Positions 49,896 to 64,000 of a stretch of DNA of 64,000 nt are shown here, piece after piece. A program made the translations under genes and the position numbers. The DNA is taken from the NCBI RefSeq assembly GCF_009914755.1, contig NC_060929.1; one strand, given 5' to 3'. Position 1 is the first letter of the stretch, and each line of letters starts with the position of its first letter. The DNA comes from the human T2T-CHM13v2.0 reference genome, Homo sapiens. The notes beneath the pieces were generated by a model. It did not search any database and had not been told where the DNA came from. It saw only the letters and a program-made list of their open reading frames with translations.

Positions 49896-50208
49896 ATATT
49901 CTTTTTCAATATTACAGCAAAATTATTTAATCAACAATACTTTCCTAAAAGGGAAATGTAGGAAACTCAAACAAAATTAATGAACTTTTTGCATTCTATT
50001 ACATTAAAACTCATAGTCTATCTTGCACTTTTGAATGAGTCTTTTACCTTTACATGATTTTGTAACATCATGCATTGGTCTTTTAGAAAATACTTATGCA
50101 CTGAGTTATGTATGTTTTCCTAATGTTGACATATTTTATTATAAAATATCAAAAAATCACCTCTCAAGTTAAAAAAAAAAGGTGAAACCAGTTTTCTTCC
50201 AATGCTTA

Positions 50209-50552
<344 letters not shown>

Positions 50553-50990
50553 TCACATAGCAGTATGCACAGAAATGCTTTAAGCATACTTTCTATTTCA
50601 TCACACAGAATATTAAAAATATATATACTCAAAGGTGGAGACTTACTAAAATTAATAATTTTCCTGCCTTATCAAACACAAATTGTGTTAAGTGAAACTG
50701 GCTTCTTTTTATTTATGTAACTGACAGCACACATCAGTGAAAAAACACAATGACTACTAATATTCTTTGGTGCCACTGCCTTGGTTCCTGTTAAGACTCC
50801 AGCATTTTACCCACCATTACTTTAGCACTATTGTGCAAATGTAAATACCATGAAATAGGCAACTAATGTGTTAGTATTATTATGAAAATAGTTTTGACCT
50901 CACAGACCCTCTAAAAGAATCTCATGGATTCCCAAAGTGTTCACAGACCATACTTTGAGAATCATTGTTTTAAAAGAACTGAAAGGACAG

Positions 50991-51332
50991 TTTCTTTCCT
51001 TCCTTCCTTCCTTCCTGCCTTCTTGCTTTCTTGCTTTCTTTCTTGCTTTCGAGACAGAGTCTTACTCTGTTGCCCAGGCTGGAGTGCAGTGGCATGATCT
51101 CAGCTCATTGCAACCTCCGCTTCCCAGGCTCAAGCAATTCTCATGCTTCAGCCTCCTGAATAGCTGAGATTACAGACGCCCACCAACACGCCCGGCTAAT
51201 TTTGTATTTTTTATTAGAGATGGGGTTTCACCATGTTGGCCAGACTGGTCTGGAACTCCCGACCTCAGGTAATCTGCCTACCTTAGCCTCCCAGAGTGCT
51301 AGGATTACAGGCGTTAGCCACTATGCCTGGCC
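50991..51332 (-). mobile_element. AluS with a (TTCC)n/(TTGC)-derived tail
   Basis: Reverse Alu. Confidence 0.93.
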
Positions 51333-51686
51333 GAGTTTCTTAAGGTATAATAAGTTTATAAAGTCTAATTTCAATAAGTTTTACAAATTCTTCCTTCATG
51401 CCATGCTTTTATTTATTTGCAGCCCCTTCATAAATTTGCATCTTCAAGCTATGCTTTAAATTCGCTTTTAAAATAATAGAGAACCAAGTTAATCTGATTC
51501 AATGCTTCTTATGAAATAAAACTTATCTAGAATGTATGTAAAATAACATATACTTTTGCTACAAAATGGGCAATTATTCAAAAATATACAATAATTCTAA
51601 AACTCTTAAAAATGAATATTCATCTTAGATGTGCAAAATGACAAAAATACCTACAACATAATGAAGCCAAAAATTAGTATACTTAC

Positions 51687-51724
51687 TGTAACAGAGCTTG
51701 ATTTCGTTCTGTTTCATCTTGAGA
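51687..51724 (-). CDS. ANKRD31: ANKRD31 coding micro-exon (inferred exon 4), 38 nt
   Basis: ttttcctagcag|TCT CAA GAT GAA ACA GAA CGA AAT CAA GCT CTG TTA CA|gtaagt gives SQDETERNQALL(Q). Phase 0 to 2 fits both neighbouring exons. Confidence 0.9.
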
Positions 51725-51829
51725 CTGCTAGGAAAAAAAAAAGTTTTTTCCAACTGATAAGTGTTAATTCAATGCAACAAGCTAAAAAAATTAACATTTA
51801 AAGTAATTTTTGTGTTATTCTTTCTTAGC

Positions 51830-52975
51830 TTCTTTTTATGGTGGTAAAATACACATAAAATTTACTATCTATTTACTATCTGTACATTTTTAAGTGTACA
51901 GTTCTCTGGCATTAAGTATACTCACACTGTTGTACAACCAAGACCATCATGAACTTCCAGAACTTTTTCATTTTCCCAAAGTGAAACTCCATGCTCATTA
52001 AACACTAACTCCCCACTCCCCTCTCCACAACCCATGGCAGCCACCATTCTGCTTTCTGTCTTTATTGATTTACTACTCTAGAAACATCATATAAGAGATA
52101 CAAAATTTTAATCATTCTGTGACTAGTTTATTTCACTTAGTATTCAAGGTTTATCTATGTTGTGGCATGTATCTGCATTTTCTTCCATTTTAAGACTGAA
52201 TAATATTCTACTGTATGTATGTACCACATTTGGTTTATTCATCTATTGATGGACACTTGCAGTGCTTCCACCTTTTTTGGCTATGGAGAATAATGCTGCC
52301 ATGAACATGTGTGTACAAATATATCTATTCAAGTCCCTGCTTTCACTTCTTCGGCATATACAATCAGAAGTGAAATTGCTAAATCATTAAGGTGATTCTA
52401 TGTTTAACTTTTTTAAGGAATAGCCACACCATTTTCCACAGCAGTTGCATCATTTTACATTTCCATCTGCTATGTACAAGGGTTCCAATTTCTCTACATT
52501 CTTGCCAACACTTGTTATTTTGGGTATTTTTTTTAAATAATAGTCATCATAATGAGTGTAAAGTGGTATTTCATTGTGATTTTGATTTGCATTTCCCTAA
52601 TGATTAGTGATATTGAGCATCTGTTCATTGGCCATTTTTATATCTTCTTTGGTGAAATGTCTATTTGAGCCCTTTACTCATTTTTTAATTCAGTTGTTTT
52701 TTTTTCTGCTGTGGAGTTGTAAGAACTCTTTATATATTCTGTAAACCATACATGATTTGCAAATATTTTCTCCCATTCCATAAGATGCTTTTATACTCTG
52801 TTGGTGGTGTCCTTTGACGCTCAAAAGTTTTTAATTTTCATGTAATCTAACTTATCTATTTTTTCTTTTGTTGCCTGTGCTTTTGGTGTGATAACTAAGA
52901 AATCATTGCCAGATCCAATGTCACGATACTCTTCTCCAACGTTTTCTTCTAAGAGTTTTATAGTTTTGGCTCTTC
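51830..52975 (-). mobile_element. L1MB-type 3' fragment
   Basis: Reverse L1 3' end and ORF2 C-terminus. Confidence 0.85.
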
Positions 52976-53188
52976 TGTCTTTATCATAACTCCTTTCCAT
53001 ACATACACAAAAAAGTAGAACTTAAGTGAAGAGAAAGAGAAGTGCTCTTTTTTTTATTCCTAGTTTTTTCCTCTTCATTAATATGTGATGATTCTGAACA
53101 GCCATTCTTGTCCAGTTCTAAGTTTTAATATTTCCCCTAAGGACCAGAAATTATATGACCTCTGTGTTACAGTGTTAAATACTAAACT

Positions 53189-53491
53189 GGGCAGGGCACA
53201 GTGGGTCACACCTGTAATCCTGGCACTTTGGGAGGTCAACATAGGCAGATAGCTTGAGCCCAGGAGTTGGAGACCAGCCTAGGAAACATGGCAAAACCCA
53301 GTTTCTACAAAAACAAAAACAACAACAACAACAACAACAAATTAGCCAGGCATGGTTGCCCATGCCTATAGTTCCAACTACCTAGGAGGCTGAGGTGGGA
53401 GGATCACCTGAACCCAGGGAGGTCAAGGCTGCAGTGAGCTGTGATGGCACCACTGCACCCCAGCCTGGGTGACAGAGACCCCAACTCAAAA
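53189..53491 (+). mobile_element. AluJ with (CAA)n in the middle A-rich region
   Basis: Alu consensus. Confidence 0.92.
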
Positions 53492-53788
53492 CTGATTCTG
53501 CCTAATTCTTAATACATATCAGAAAATCTGAAGTTGTTGTGTCCCTTTCGAAAAAGATAAAATACACTGATAACATGCTTCCATTTTAAGAGTTCACAAC
53601 CTACTGGCTTTTGTCACTTTAAAAGGAATCTTTACCTTTAATATGTTGTCAGCATCTAAGAGCTTTAGAAAAAGACTTCTCTTTAGGGGCCCTTTATGTT
53701 TGTTTCTATGATAAATTATAAAGCTCTCTGAAAATAAAGCCATTAGGCTGAACTTGCAAGCATTTTCATGATTACACTAATACAATAC

Positions 53789-54426
53789 AGAGCTAATGCC
53801 ACTGAATACAGGTGGGGGCTGGAGATGTTAATTCGTTAATGAACAACATGCAAATCATATCAAAAAACACAAATAAAGCAATGTGATAACCTCAACCTTC
53901 TCCAATTAATGCTCAGTATTATATACTGATAATGCATCCCTAAACACCCCAAAGTTACATTAGTTTCACACATATATACTTCCCAAGCAGGCTTTACAGA
54001 GCTCAGAGGCCAAAGATAAGAAATGTCGAGAGACAAACCCAGAAACTCCCAAGAATTAATTAAACAGGGTATACCTACACACTTACAAGATATTTCTGTG
54101 TCTCTGCAAAGTAATTTTTCAAATATTTGTAATTTTCATTTATCTTACTAAAGGACCAGTGACTTTTCCTGTTGAGGACTAATTATTCACTTGACTGTAC
54201 CTACTTAAGGTTCTACACGGAACTCCTGGGCTCAAGCTATCTGCCCATGTTGGCCTCCAAAAGTGCAAAAGGTAAATGCAAAAGGTAAGAAAGCAAGTAG
54301 GAAGGAAGGTTGCTCCTGACAGCTGATTTATTTCCTCCTCTATAGACAGAACTACCAACCAAGAGCTAATGCCATTGAATACAAGTGGGGGCTGGAGCTG
54401 TTAATTTGTTAATGAACAATATGCAA
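53789..54426 (+). repeat. 65-bp direct repeat (53789-53853 and 54362-54426)
   Basis: agagctaatgcca(c/t)tgaataca(g/a)gtgggggctggag(a/c)tgttaatt(c/t)gttaatgaacaa(c/t)atgcaa, 5 mismatches. Confidence 0.92.
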
Positions 54427-55750
54427 GAATACATGTCAATCAATTTTTTCATAAGAAACACAAATTGGCATCTATCTTTTTAATACATGTGACTGAACCT
54501 TCCCCTGTCTTTACCCCACTGCATTTTGACAAGGCCATTAAACCGTAGAGTTTTCTTGTTGTTTTTTTTGTTTTGGAGCTAGGATGTGAGAGGTAAGAGA
54601 GGTTAATTGTGTTAATTTAGAGGATCTAGAAAAGAAGCAAATCTATTTCTATATCCTCAACCAAAAAAGCAATCTCCTGCTATCTGAGAACATTCTCTTT
54701 CACTGATTCATGGATAACTGGGAGTGGAGTGGAAGAAGTCTGGCTTGCCGGATCAGCCCAACCAATCCTGGCTCTCCATGACACACTGAATGTCTCACAC
54801 AAACTACCTTCACATTTGGTAGACCAGAATAGTAGTTACTGGTATTCAATAAGCGTTTGAAGTACCTGGATGAATTGCTAACAACATTTGCTTAAGATAT
54901 CTTTCTTTCAGAGTGAGGTACCCAAACTTGGTCATGTATATAGATATTTAAAAATATTTTCAAATATCCATACAATTGCCTTTTAGAGCGTTCCCTCTGG
55001 ACATATGGTACCATCTGTGTACTGCTTCAGTATTCTTAAATGTTGACATCCACTCACTAGGATCTAAACACAATTTAAATACACAGTGATTTAACCACTG
55101 AATGAGAATTGTCTTTACTCTAGCTAAGTTAGGTGCTAAAGCCCCATTTTCATCCTACTTCTTCCCAGAAATATTCCTAAGTCATTGCAACTTCTGAACA
55201 GAGACAGCAATTTTAGGAAGCAAGTTAGGATGAATTAAAGAGCCAGGAAAAGTATACCATTGGCAGTAGTGATCAGCTCAGTAGCATCAGGGGTACCTAA
55301 CTTTAGAAAAATCACATTGTATTTGAGTAGCCCAGCAATTTATTACTCAGTGAGGCAGCTAGTAAGAGAGAATGCTACCTGCCCACGGGGGCTTTAAAAG
55401 ACCATGCAGTGCATAATCTCTCCATGAGCTCTGGCCTTGCCAGCCCTGATCCTTCTTCCATTACACACACATCAAACAAGCCTGTGGTTATTTATTTCCC
55501 CTTCAAGGTTCTCTTTAATGCTCATTTTAACTGATTCTCTCTCTGAATCTTGATAAAGATAGAAGATGGAGGCTGCAAAAGGGAAAAGGAAAGTGAGATT
55601 CAAGTTGTATTCACAACTCTCAGATAAATAGTCCTGAGGCAGAAGAAGCGGCCTACTGGTAATAATTGTACAATTCAATTAATCTTTACTCCCTGTCAAC
55701 AAGTATCTTCTAGATGACCAAAAACTGACTATGAGACCAGTGATGCCCAC

Positions 55751-56264
55751 TGTATTAGTCAGGATCCTCCAGAGAAACAGAACCAATGGGATGTGTACAT
55801 ATGTAGAAAGAGATTTATTATAAGGAATTGGCTCCCACAATTATGGAAACTGGCAAGTGCAAATATGCAGTGTGACCTGTCGGGCTCGAGACACAGCCAG
55901 CCAATGGTATAGTTCCAGTCTAAAGGTCAACAGGCAGAGAACCAGAACAGGCAATAGTACAGATGGAGTTTAAAGGCCAGCAGGAAATCATCCGGGAGAG
56001 CTAATGGTGCTGATAAAATCTAAAGACAGTCTGCTGTAGAATTCTCTCTTGCGGGGAGAGGCAGGTCTTTTTGTTCTATTCAGGTCTTCAACTGATTAGA
56101 TGAGGCCTACCCACATGATGGAGGGCAGTCTGCTTTACTCAGGTCCACTGACTTTAATGTTAATTTCATTCAAAAACACTCACAGAATATCCAGAATAAT
56201 GTTTGACCAACTATCTGAACATTCTGTGACCCAGCCAAGTTGACACATAAAATGAACCATCATG
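55751..56264. mobile_element. MLT2 (ERVL) solo LTR
   Basis: Termini tgtattagtcagg...ccagagaaacagaaccaat and ccagccaagttgacacataaaatgaaccatca. Confidence 0.88.
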
Positions 56265-59200
56265 CCCCCCTAATTTTGACATACCCATGTCTCCATTATC
56301 TCTCCAGGCATATCACTAAACTCTCCACACAAACCAAAATCTATTCATGTAAAGTTTTAAAACTGCTTGCCATATAGCATACATGTAAAGAACTAGAAAA
56401 GGTATTTTATAAGACCCAACAAAAATGAGGAGTATGAAATATTTTTAAAGATTGATGCCTACATTTTAAAAAATTAATATGACATACATCAAATCAAAGA
56501 TCTTCTATTTCTTCATTGTTTGTTCTTATTTAAAATAGCTCATCATTTCTAAAATAGTATTCTTTAAAGTTGAAATATCAATATTGGTATCTGTGAATCT
56601 GGGAAGAATTTATTTAGAAACCTGTTTCATAATTATTTAGAATTTACTTAGAAATCTAATTCCAGTTGCAAAACAACAAATTAAAAAAAAAACTCTGAGA
56701 AAGTACCTTTTCATATCTCAATTTCTTTATCTGATAAAATCAGTTTCTCTCATATAGTTAAATTTCAAAAGGTTTATTTTCATAGGATAAAACAATGAAA
56801 GAAGCAACATTTATCAATTTAGAAAATAGTATTAATTAAAATTTGCTACAGATGTTCACATACTGGGATTACATTGCCTTTTACTGTAGACAAAAGTAGG
56901 ATATAAAAGAAAGTTAAAGGAGGTATCTATTTTTCCAATGAAAGTTTTTTAAAAAGAACCAAATATCCAATACTTCACTTATCCTTCTTAATCTAATTTT
57001 ATAACAAGCCCATACTCAGCAGATGGCTAGTTTACTATCTGATGATAAAGTTTTGAAGAATACATTTGTTAACTCTTCAAGTCCTCTAAGGCAATTGTTC
57101 CAAGCTGACTGAATATTAGAAATTAATTGGAAGGCTTTTGAAAACTGAACATTCCCAGGTTCCACCCAAGTATGGGTCTGAGAATCCATATATTTAAAAA
57201 GCTACCCAAATGGGTCTGAAAATCTTACTTTTTAAACCATGTTCTGAGGTACAATACAGTTCCTGGTACAACAATCACATAGCAAATGTTTCTGAAATAA
57301 ATTGAAAGAAAAATAATTATTACCTCCTATTTCACAATTACTGAAGCCAGAGGAAATAAATATTACTTTTTCTGAACTCAGAAGTTACAAAATTAATTTT
57401 TAAATGAGTTATTAGAAGGCAAATATAGATCTCTCAATTTCAAGGAAAGATATTTGGTGTTAAATGTTTTGCTTTTTATCAGAGATCATTTATTTGATAC
57501 ACTTTCCTAAGTATGATATTAAGTAGACCTTCACATTAACTTTTGGGAAATGCTGTCAGTTTCTGCTACTAAAATGTATGTATCTTTCCTTCCATTCCTT
57601 ATCTCTGGTTAGCTAACTTACTTATGCCAAGGTGCTAACAGAATCATCCCTTACTTTTCCCCATGACATTTACTTTAAAAAAAAATTGAGATCTTTCTAA
57701 CTTTTTGATGTGGGTGTTCAGTGCTATAAATCTCTTTCTTAACACTCCTTAGCTGTGCCCCAGAGATTCTGGTATGTTGTGTCTTTGCTCTCATTAATTT
57801 CAAAGAATGTCTTGATTTCTGCCTTAATTTCATTATTTACCCAAAAGTCATTCAGGAGAAAGTTGTTTAATTTCTGTGTAATATTATGGTTTTTGAGCAA
57901 TTTTCTTGGCCTTGACTTCTATTTTTATTGAGCTGTGGTCCAAGAGTGTGGGTGGTATGATTTCAGTTTTTTGAGTTTGATGAAAATTGTTTCATGTCCG
58001 ATTGCAGGGTAAATTTTAGAATATGTGCCATGTGGCAATGAAAAGAATGTATATTCTGTTGTCTTCGGGTGGAGAGTCCTGTAGATGTCTACTAGGTCCA
58101 TTTGGTCAAGTGTTGAGTTCAGGTCCTGAATCTCTTTGTTAATTTTCTGCCTCAATCATCTAATACTGTTGGTGTGGTGTTGAAGTCTCCCAGTATTATG
58201 GTGTGGGAGTCCAAGTCTCTTCTTAGGTCTCTAAGAACTTGCTTTATGAATATGGGTGCACCTGAGTTGGGTGCATACAGATTTAGGACAGTTAAGTCTT
58301 CTTGTTGAATGGAACCCTTTACCATTAAGTAATGCCCTTCTTTTTCTTGCTATGGACTAGGGAAGGGAATGCCCCTCTTTGTCTTTTTTGATCTTTGTTG
58401 CTTAAAGGCTGTTTTGTCTGAAATTAGGATTGCATCACCTGCTTTTTTCTGTTTTCTATTTGCTTGGTGGATTTTTCTCCAACCTTTTATTTTGAGCCTA
58501 TGGGTATCACTGTATGTGAGATGGGTCTCTTGAAGACAGCATACCTCTGGGTCTTACCTCTTTATCCCACTTGCCACTCTGTGTCTTTTAATGGGGACAT
58601 TAAGTTCATTCATATTCAACATTAGTATTGATATGTGTGGATTTGATCCTGTCATCATGTTGTTAGCTGGTTATTATGCAGATCTGTTTGTGTGGTTGCT
58701 TTATACTGTCACTGGTCTGTGTACTTAAGTGTGTTTTTGTAGTGGCTGGTAACAATCTTTCCTTTCCATATTTAGGGCTTCTTTTAGGAGCTCTTGTAAG
58801 GAAGTTCTGGTGGTAATGAATTCCCTGAGCATTTGCTTGTCTCAAAAGGATCTTATTTCTCAAATTAACAACTAAACATACAACTAGAAGAACTGGAGAA
58901 GCAAGAGTAAAGCAACCTCAAAGCTGGTAGAAGAGAAGAAATATCCAAAAATCAGAGCTGAACTGAAGGAGACAGAAACATGAAAACCTTACAAAAGATC
59001 AACAAATCCAGAAGTTGGTTTTTTGGAAAAAATTAATAGGACAGATAGAATTCTAGGTAGACTAATAAGGAAGAAAAGAGAGAAGATCCAAATAAACACA
59101 GTTAGAAATGGCAAAGGAGATGTTACCACTGACCCCACAAAAATGCAAACAGCCATCAGAGACAACTATCAACACCTCTATGCACATAAATCTAAAATTC

Positions 59201-61217
59201 CAGAAGAAATGGATAAATTCCTGGACGTATACATCCTTCCAAAACTGAATCAGGAAGAAATTGAATACTTAAACAGACCAATAATGAGCTCTGAAATTAA
59301 ATCAGTAATAAACAGCCTACCAACTAAAAAAAGCCCAGGACCAGAGAGATTCACAGCTGAATTATAACAGATGTACAAAGAAGAGCTGGTGCCATTTCTA
59401 CTGAAGTTATTACAAAAAATTGAGGAGGAGAGACTCATCCCCAACTCATTCTAGGAGGCTAGCATAATCCTGACACTAAAACCTGTCAGAGTCACAACAA
59501 AAAAAAGAAAACTTCAGGCCAATATCCTTGATGAATATATATGCTCATCAAAATCCTCAACAAAATACTAACAAACCAAATGTGAATTCGCACAACAAAA
59601 AGCTAATTCACCAGGATCAAGCAGGCCTTATCTCTGGAATGCTTCAACGTATTCAAATCAATAAATGTGATTCATCAAACATATTCAAACATATTCAAAT
59701 CAATAAATGTGATTCATCAAACAGAAATAAAAGACAAAAACCACATGATTATCCCAACAGATGCAGAAAAGGCTTTCAATCAAATTCAAATCCCTTCATG
59801 TTAAAAACCCTCAATTACCTAGGCATTGAAGGAACAACTCCAAAATAATAAGAGCCACCTATGACAAAGCCACAGCCACCACCAAACATCATACTGAATG
59901 GGCAAAACTTGGAAGCATTCCCCTTGAAAACCAGAACAAAATAAGGATGCCCTCTCTCACCACTCCTATTCAACATAATATTGGAAGTCCTGGCCAGAGC
60001 AGTCAGGTAAGAGAAAGAAATAAAAGGCATCCAAATAAAAAGAGAGGAAGTCAAACTATCCCTGTTTGCAAATGACATGCTTCTATATCTAGAAAACCCC
60101 ATAGTCTCTGCCCAAAAGCTCCTTGAGCTGATAAGCAACTTCAGCAAAGTTTCAGAACACAAAATTGATGTACAAAAATCAGTAGCATTCCTATACACCA
60201 AAAGCAGCCAAACTGACAGCCAAAAGTAACACAGTCCCATTCACAATTGCCAAAACAACAACACCAAAAACAAACAAACAAGCAACAAACAAAAAAAGTA
60301 GGAATCCAGCTAACTAGGGAGGTGAAAGATCTCTACAATGATAATTATAAAACACTGCTCAAAGAAATCATAGGTGACACAAATAGAAGAACATTCCATA
60401 CTCATGAATAGGAAGACTCAATATCGTTAAAATGGGCATATCAACCAAAGCAATTTACAGATACAATGCTATGACATCCTTCACAGAACCAGAAAAAAAC
60501 TATTCTAAAATTCATAGGGAACCAGAAAAGATCCCGAATAGCCAAGGCAATCCTAAGCAAAAGAAAAAGCTGGAGGAATCACATTGCCTGTCTTCAAACT
60601 GTACAAAGCTACAGTAACCAAATCAGCATGGTACTGGTACAAAAATAGACACATAAACAAATGGAACAGAAGAGAATGCCCAGAAATACAGCTACACATC
60701 TATGACCATCTGATCTTTGGCAAAGCTGACAAAAACAAGCAATGAGGAAAGAACTCCTTATTCAATAAATGGTGCTGGGATAACTGGCTAGCTATATACA
60801 GAAGGTTGAAACTGGACCCCTTTCTTATACCGTATATAAAAATCAACTCAAGATGGATTAAAGATCTAAATATAAAACGTAAAACTATAGAAACCCTGAA
60901 AGATAACCTAGGAAATACCATTTTGGACATGGAAACTGGCAAAGATTTGATGAGGAAAATTCCAAAAGCAATCACAAGAAAAACAAAAACTGACAAATGG
61001 GACCTAATTAAACCAAACAGCTTCTGCACAGCAAAAGAAACTATCAACAGAGTAAACAGGCAACCTACAGAATGGTAGAAAACATTTAACAGGCAACCTA
61101 TGGAATGGGAGAAAACGTTTGCAAATTATACATCTGACAAAGGTCTAATATACAGAATCTACAAGGAACTTACAAAAATGTACAGGCAAAAAGCAACTCC
61201 ATTAAAAAGTGGGCAAT

Positions 61218-61515
<298 letters not shown>

Positions 61516-61676
61516 GTGGGCAAAAGACATGAACAGACACTTTACACAAGAAGACATATACGTGGCCAACAAGCATCCAAAAAAATGCTCAATGTCACTA
61601 ATCATTCAGGAAATGCAAATCAATGAGATACCAGCTCACACCAGTCAAAATGGCTATTAAAAGTTAAAGAATAACA

Positions 61677-61829
61677 GGCCAGGTGCAGTGGCTTATGCTT
61701 GTAACCCCAGCACTTTGGGAGGTCAAAGTGGGCAGATCCCTTGCAGTCAGGAGTTTGAGACCAGCCTGGCCAACATGGCAAAACCCTGTCTCCACTAAAA
61801 ATACAAAAATTACCCAGGCATGGTGGCAC
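61677..61829 (+). mobile_element. Alu left arm, with its 3' part deleted together with adjacent L1 sequence
   Basis: The Alu stops at ggcatggtggcac and joins the L1 just before ggaatactatgcagcc. Confidence 0.85.
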
Positions 61830-62470
61830 GTGGTGGAATACTATGCAGCCATAAAAAAGAATGAGATCATGTCCTTTGCAGCAACATGGATGGAACTGGA
61901 GGCCATTATCCTTAGCAAACTAATGCAGAAACAGAAAACCAAATAACGCATGTTCTCACCTACAAGTAGGAGCTAAATCATGAGAACACATGGACAGAAG
62001 GAGGGGAAAAACAGATACTGGAGCTTACTTGAGGGAGAATGATGGGAGAAGGAAAAGGTTCAGAAAAAAAAAACCTGTGGGGTACTATGCTTAGTACCCA
62101 GGTGATAATAATCTGTACACCAAAAAAATTGATTCTCAGAAATCTACATGCAGTTTGAAATGACATAAATGTCAAAATCATATTTTAAAAGACAAAAAAA
62201 GTAAAAATTCTTTGTGTGTGTGTGTGCAGGCACATACATATACATACACTCACACACATAAGACAACGGAAGTGTCTTTTCAGTGGCCTATATCTCAAAT
62301 TATACCATACAGGCTATATCTTCTTCACAAGTTTAAGAAGAATCCCTAATATAAAATGGAGATGAAAATCATAATTATTACATCCTATTTTAACCTCTGT
62401 TCCTCTCATATCTGCATCTCTACCAAAGGGTGAAAAACATAAGAGGTGTAAGAGTGGACAAAAGAAAACA

Positions 62471-62898
62471 CAGTTCACTTTTGAACAACACAGGCTTGAA
62501 CTGTGTTGGTTCACTTATACATGAATTTTTTTCAACCCCTGCCGCCCCTGGGAAAGCAAAACCAACCCCTCCTCTTTCTCTCTTTTTCTTCCCCAGTCTA
62601 CTCAATGTGAAGACAATAGGATGAAGATCTTTATGATGACCCACTTGCACTTAATGAATAGTAAATATGTTTTCTCCTCTTTATGATCTTCTTAACATTT
62701 TCTTTTCTCTATCTTACTGTGTTGTAACAATACAGTATATAATACATATAAAAGAATATGTATTGACTATCAATAAGGCTTCCAGTCAACAGTAGGCTAT
62801 AAGTAGTTAAGTTTTGGGAGAGTCAAAAGTTGCATGTGGATTTTTCACTGCACAGAGGGTCAGCATCCCTAACTCCCAAATTGTTCAAGGATCAACTG
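62471..62898 (+). mobile_element. Tigger2a/MER28-like DNA transposon
   Basis: Terminal inverted repeats cagttcacttttgaacaa and ttgttcaaggatcaactg. Confidence 0.8.
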
Positions 62899-63107
62899 TA
62901 TTTTAAATTCTCCCTTCTAAAACAATTGTTTTCATCAAAGTTGCAACAAAGAAATAGAATGACTAGTTAAGAAAGAGGTAAAAATTAATAAGAAAAGAGG
63001 AAAGAAGCAAAATATAGACAAAAAGAATTATCATTAGTAATTTGCCACTCTGAGCGATAGCATTTCCAATTTTTAATGAGTATGTATTCAATCAACATGC
63101 TACACAC

Positions 63108-63217
63108 CTGTAATATTGTATCCTCGCTAAGAACAGGCATCATCTTATTTTTATTCATTTGCTCTTGCAGATCCTCTCTGAGCTTAAATCCAAGTTGAAT
63201 CTCAGGAGAAGGCATGC
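63108..63217 (-). CDS. ANKRD31: ANKRD31 coding exon (inferred exon 3), 110 nt, phase 1 to 0
   Basis: Minus strand reads ctctag|GC ATG CCT...TTA CAG|gtgtgt. It translates to (G)MPSPEIQLGFKLREDLQEQMNKNKMMPVLSEDTILQ, recognised as the ANKRD31 N-terminus. Confidence 0.93.
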
Positions 63218-63329
63218 CTAGAGTGAAACATAATCATAAATCATTTACAACAGTTTTATTGCTCTGCTTTGATAATGGCCCAATAATTTTATACGCATGC
63301 AAAATGTTATCAAGAATCATCTAGTATAT

Positions 63330-64000
63330 TATTTCTTTTTTCATTTCTTCTAAAAAAAAACGAGATATATGTGCAGAACGTGCAGGTTTGTTACATAGGT
63401 ATACGTGTGCCATGGTGGTTTGCTGCACCTATTGATGCGTCCTCTAAGTTCTCTCCCCTCACCCCCCAACCCCCAACAGGCCCTGGTGTGTGTTGTTCCT
63501 CTCTCTGTGTCCATGTGTTCTCAACGTTCAACTCCTGTTTATGAGTGAGAACATGCAGTGTTTGGTTTTCTGTTCCTGTGTTAGTTTGCTGAGGATGATG
63601 GCTTCCAGCTTCATCCATGTCCCTGCAAAGGACATGATCTCATTCCTTTTTGTGGCTGCATAGTATTTCATGGTGTATATGTACCATACTTTCTTTATCC
63701 ATTGATAGGCATTTGGGCTGGTTCCATGTCTTTGCTATTGTAAATAGTGCTGCAGTAAACATACATGTGCATGTGTCTTTATAGTACAATGACTTATAAT
63801 CCTTTGGGTTTATACCCAGTAATGGGATTGCTGGGTCAAATGGTATTTCTAGTTCTAGATACTTGAGGAATCCCTGTACTGTCTTCCACAATGGTTGAAC
63901 TAATTTACATTCGCACCAACAGTGTAAAAGCATTCCTATTTCTTCACAGCCTTGACAGCATCTATTGTTTCCTGACTTTTTAATAATCACCATTCTGACA
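63330..64000 (-). mobile_element. L1PA (about PA8) 3' end, running off the window
   Basis: Reverse 3' UTR and ORF2 C-terminus (ORF 63640..63993). Confidence 0.92.

Noticed and set aside
59648-61120. Small tandem duplications inside the L1 (about 59650-59720 and 61055-61120)
   Set aside because: Ordinary slippage events in a dead element, with no sign of function.

Overview
This is primate, most likely human, genomic DNA. The window lies inside ANKRD31, a meiotic double-strand-break scaffold and REC114 partner, on the minus strand. Nine coding exons can be read (63108-63217, 51687-51724, 47270-47346, 40500-40543, 36500-37069, 34180-34460, 33536-33645, 29362-29517, 9850-9992). All have GT-AG boundaries, and their phases join into one open frame that runs into the first ankyrin repeats. 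The gene continues beyond both ends of the window. The rest is intron, dominated by transposable elements: a full-length L1PA4-like element with intact ORF1, nested older L1s, a 5'-inverted L1, about 16 Alus, a THE1 provirus, solo LTRs and DNA transposons. I found no new protein-coding system. The most notable observations are an exact PRDM9 hotspot 13-mer in the THE1 LTR, an old inversion with a ~490-bp inverted duplication that truncates the THE1, a short 3' transduction on the full-length L1, an L1 showing both twin priming and apparent internal priming, a head-to-head Alu pair 33 bp apart, and a NAGNAG acceptor on a 38-nt exon. Repeat subfamily names and exon numbers were assigned by eye or from memory and need RepeatMasker or BLAT confirmation.
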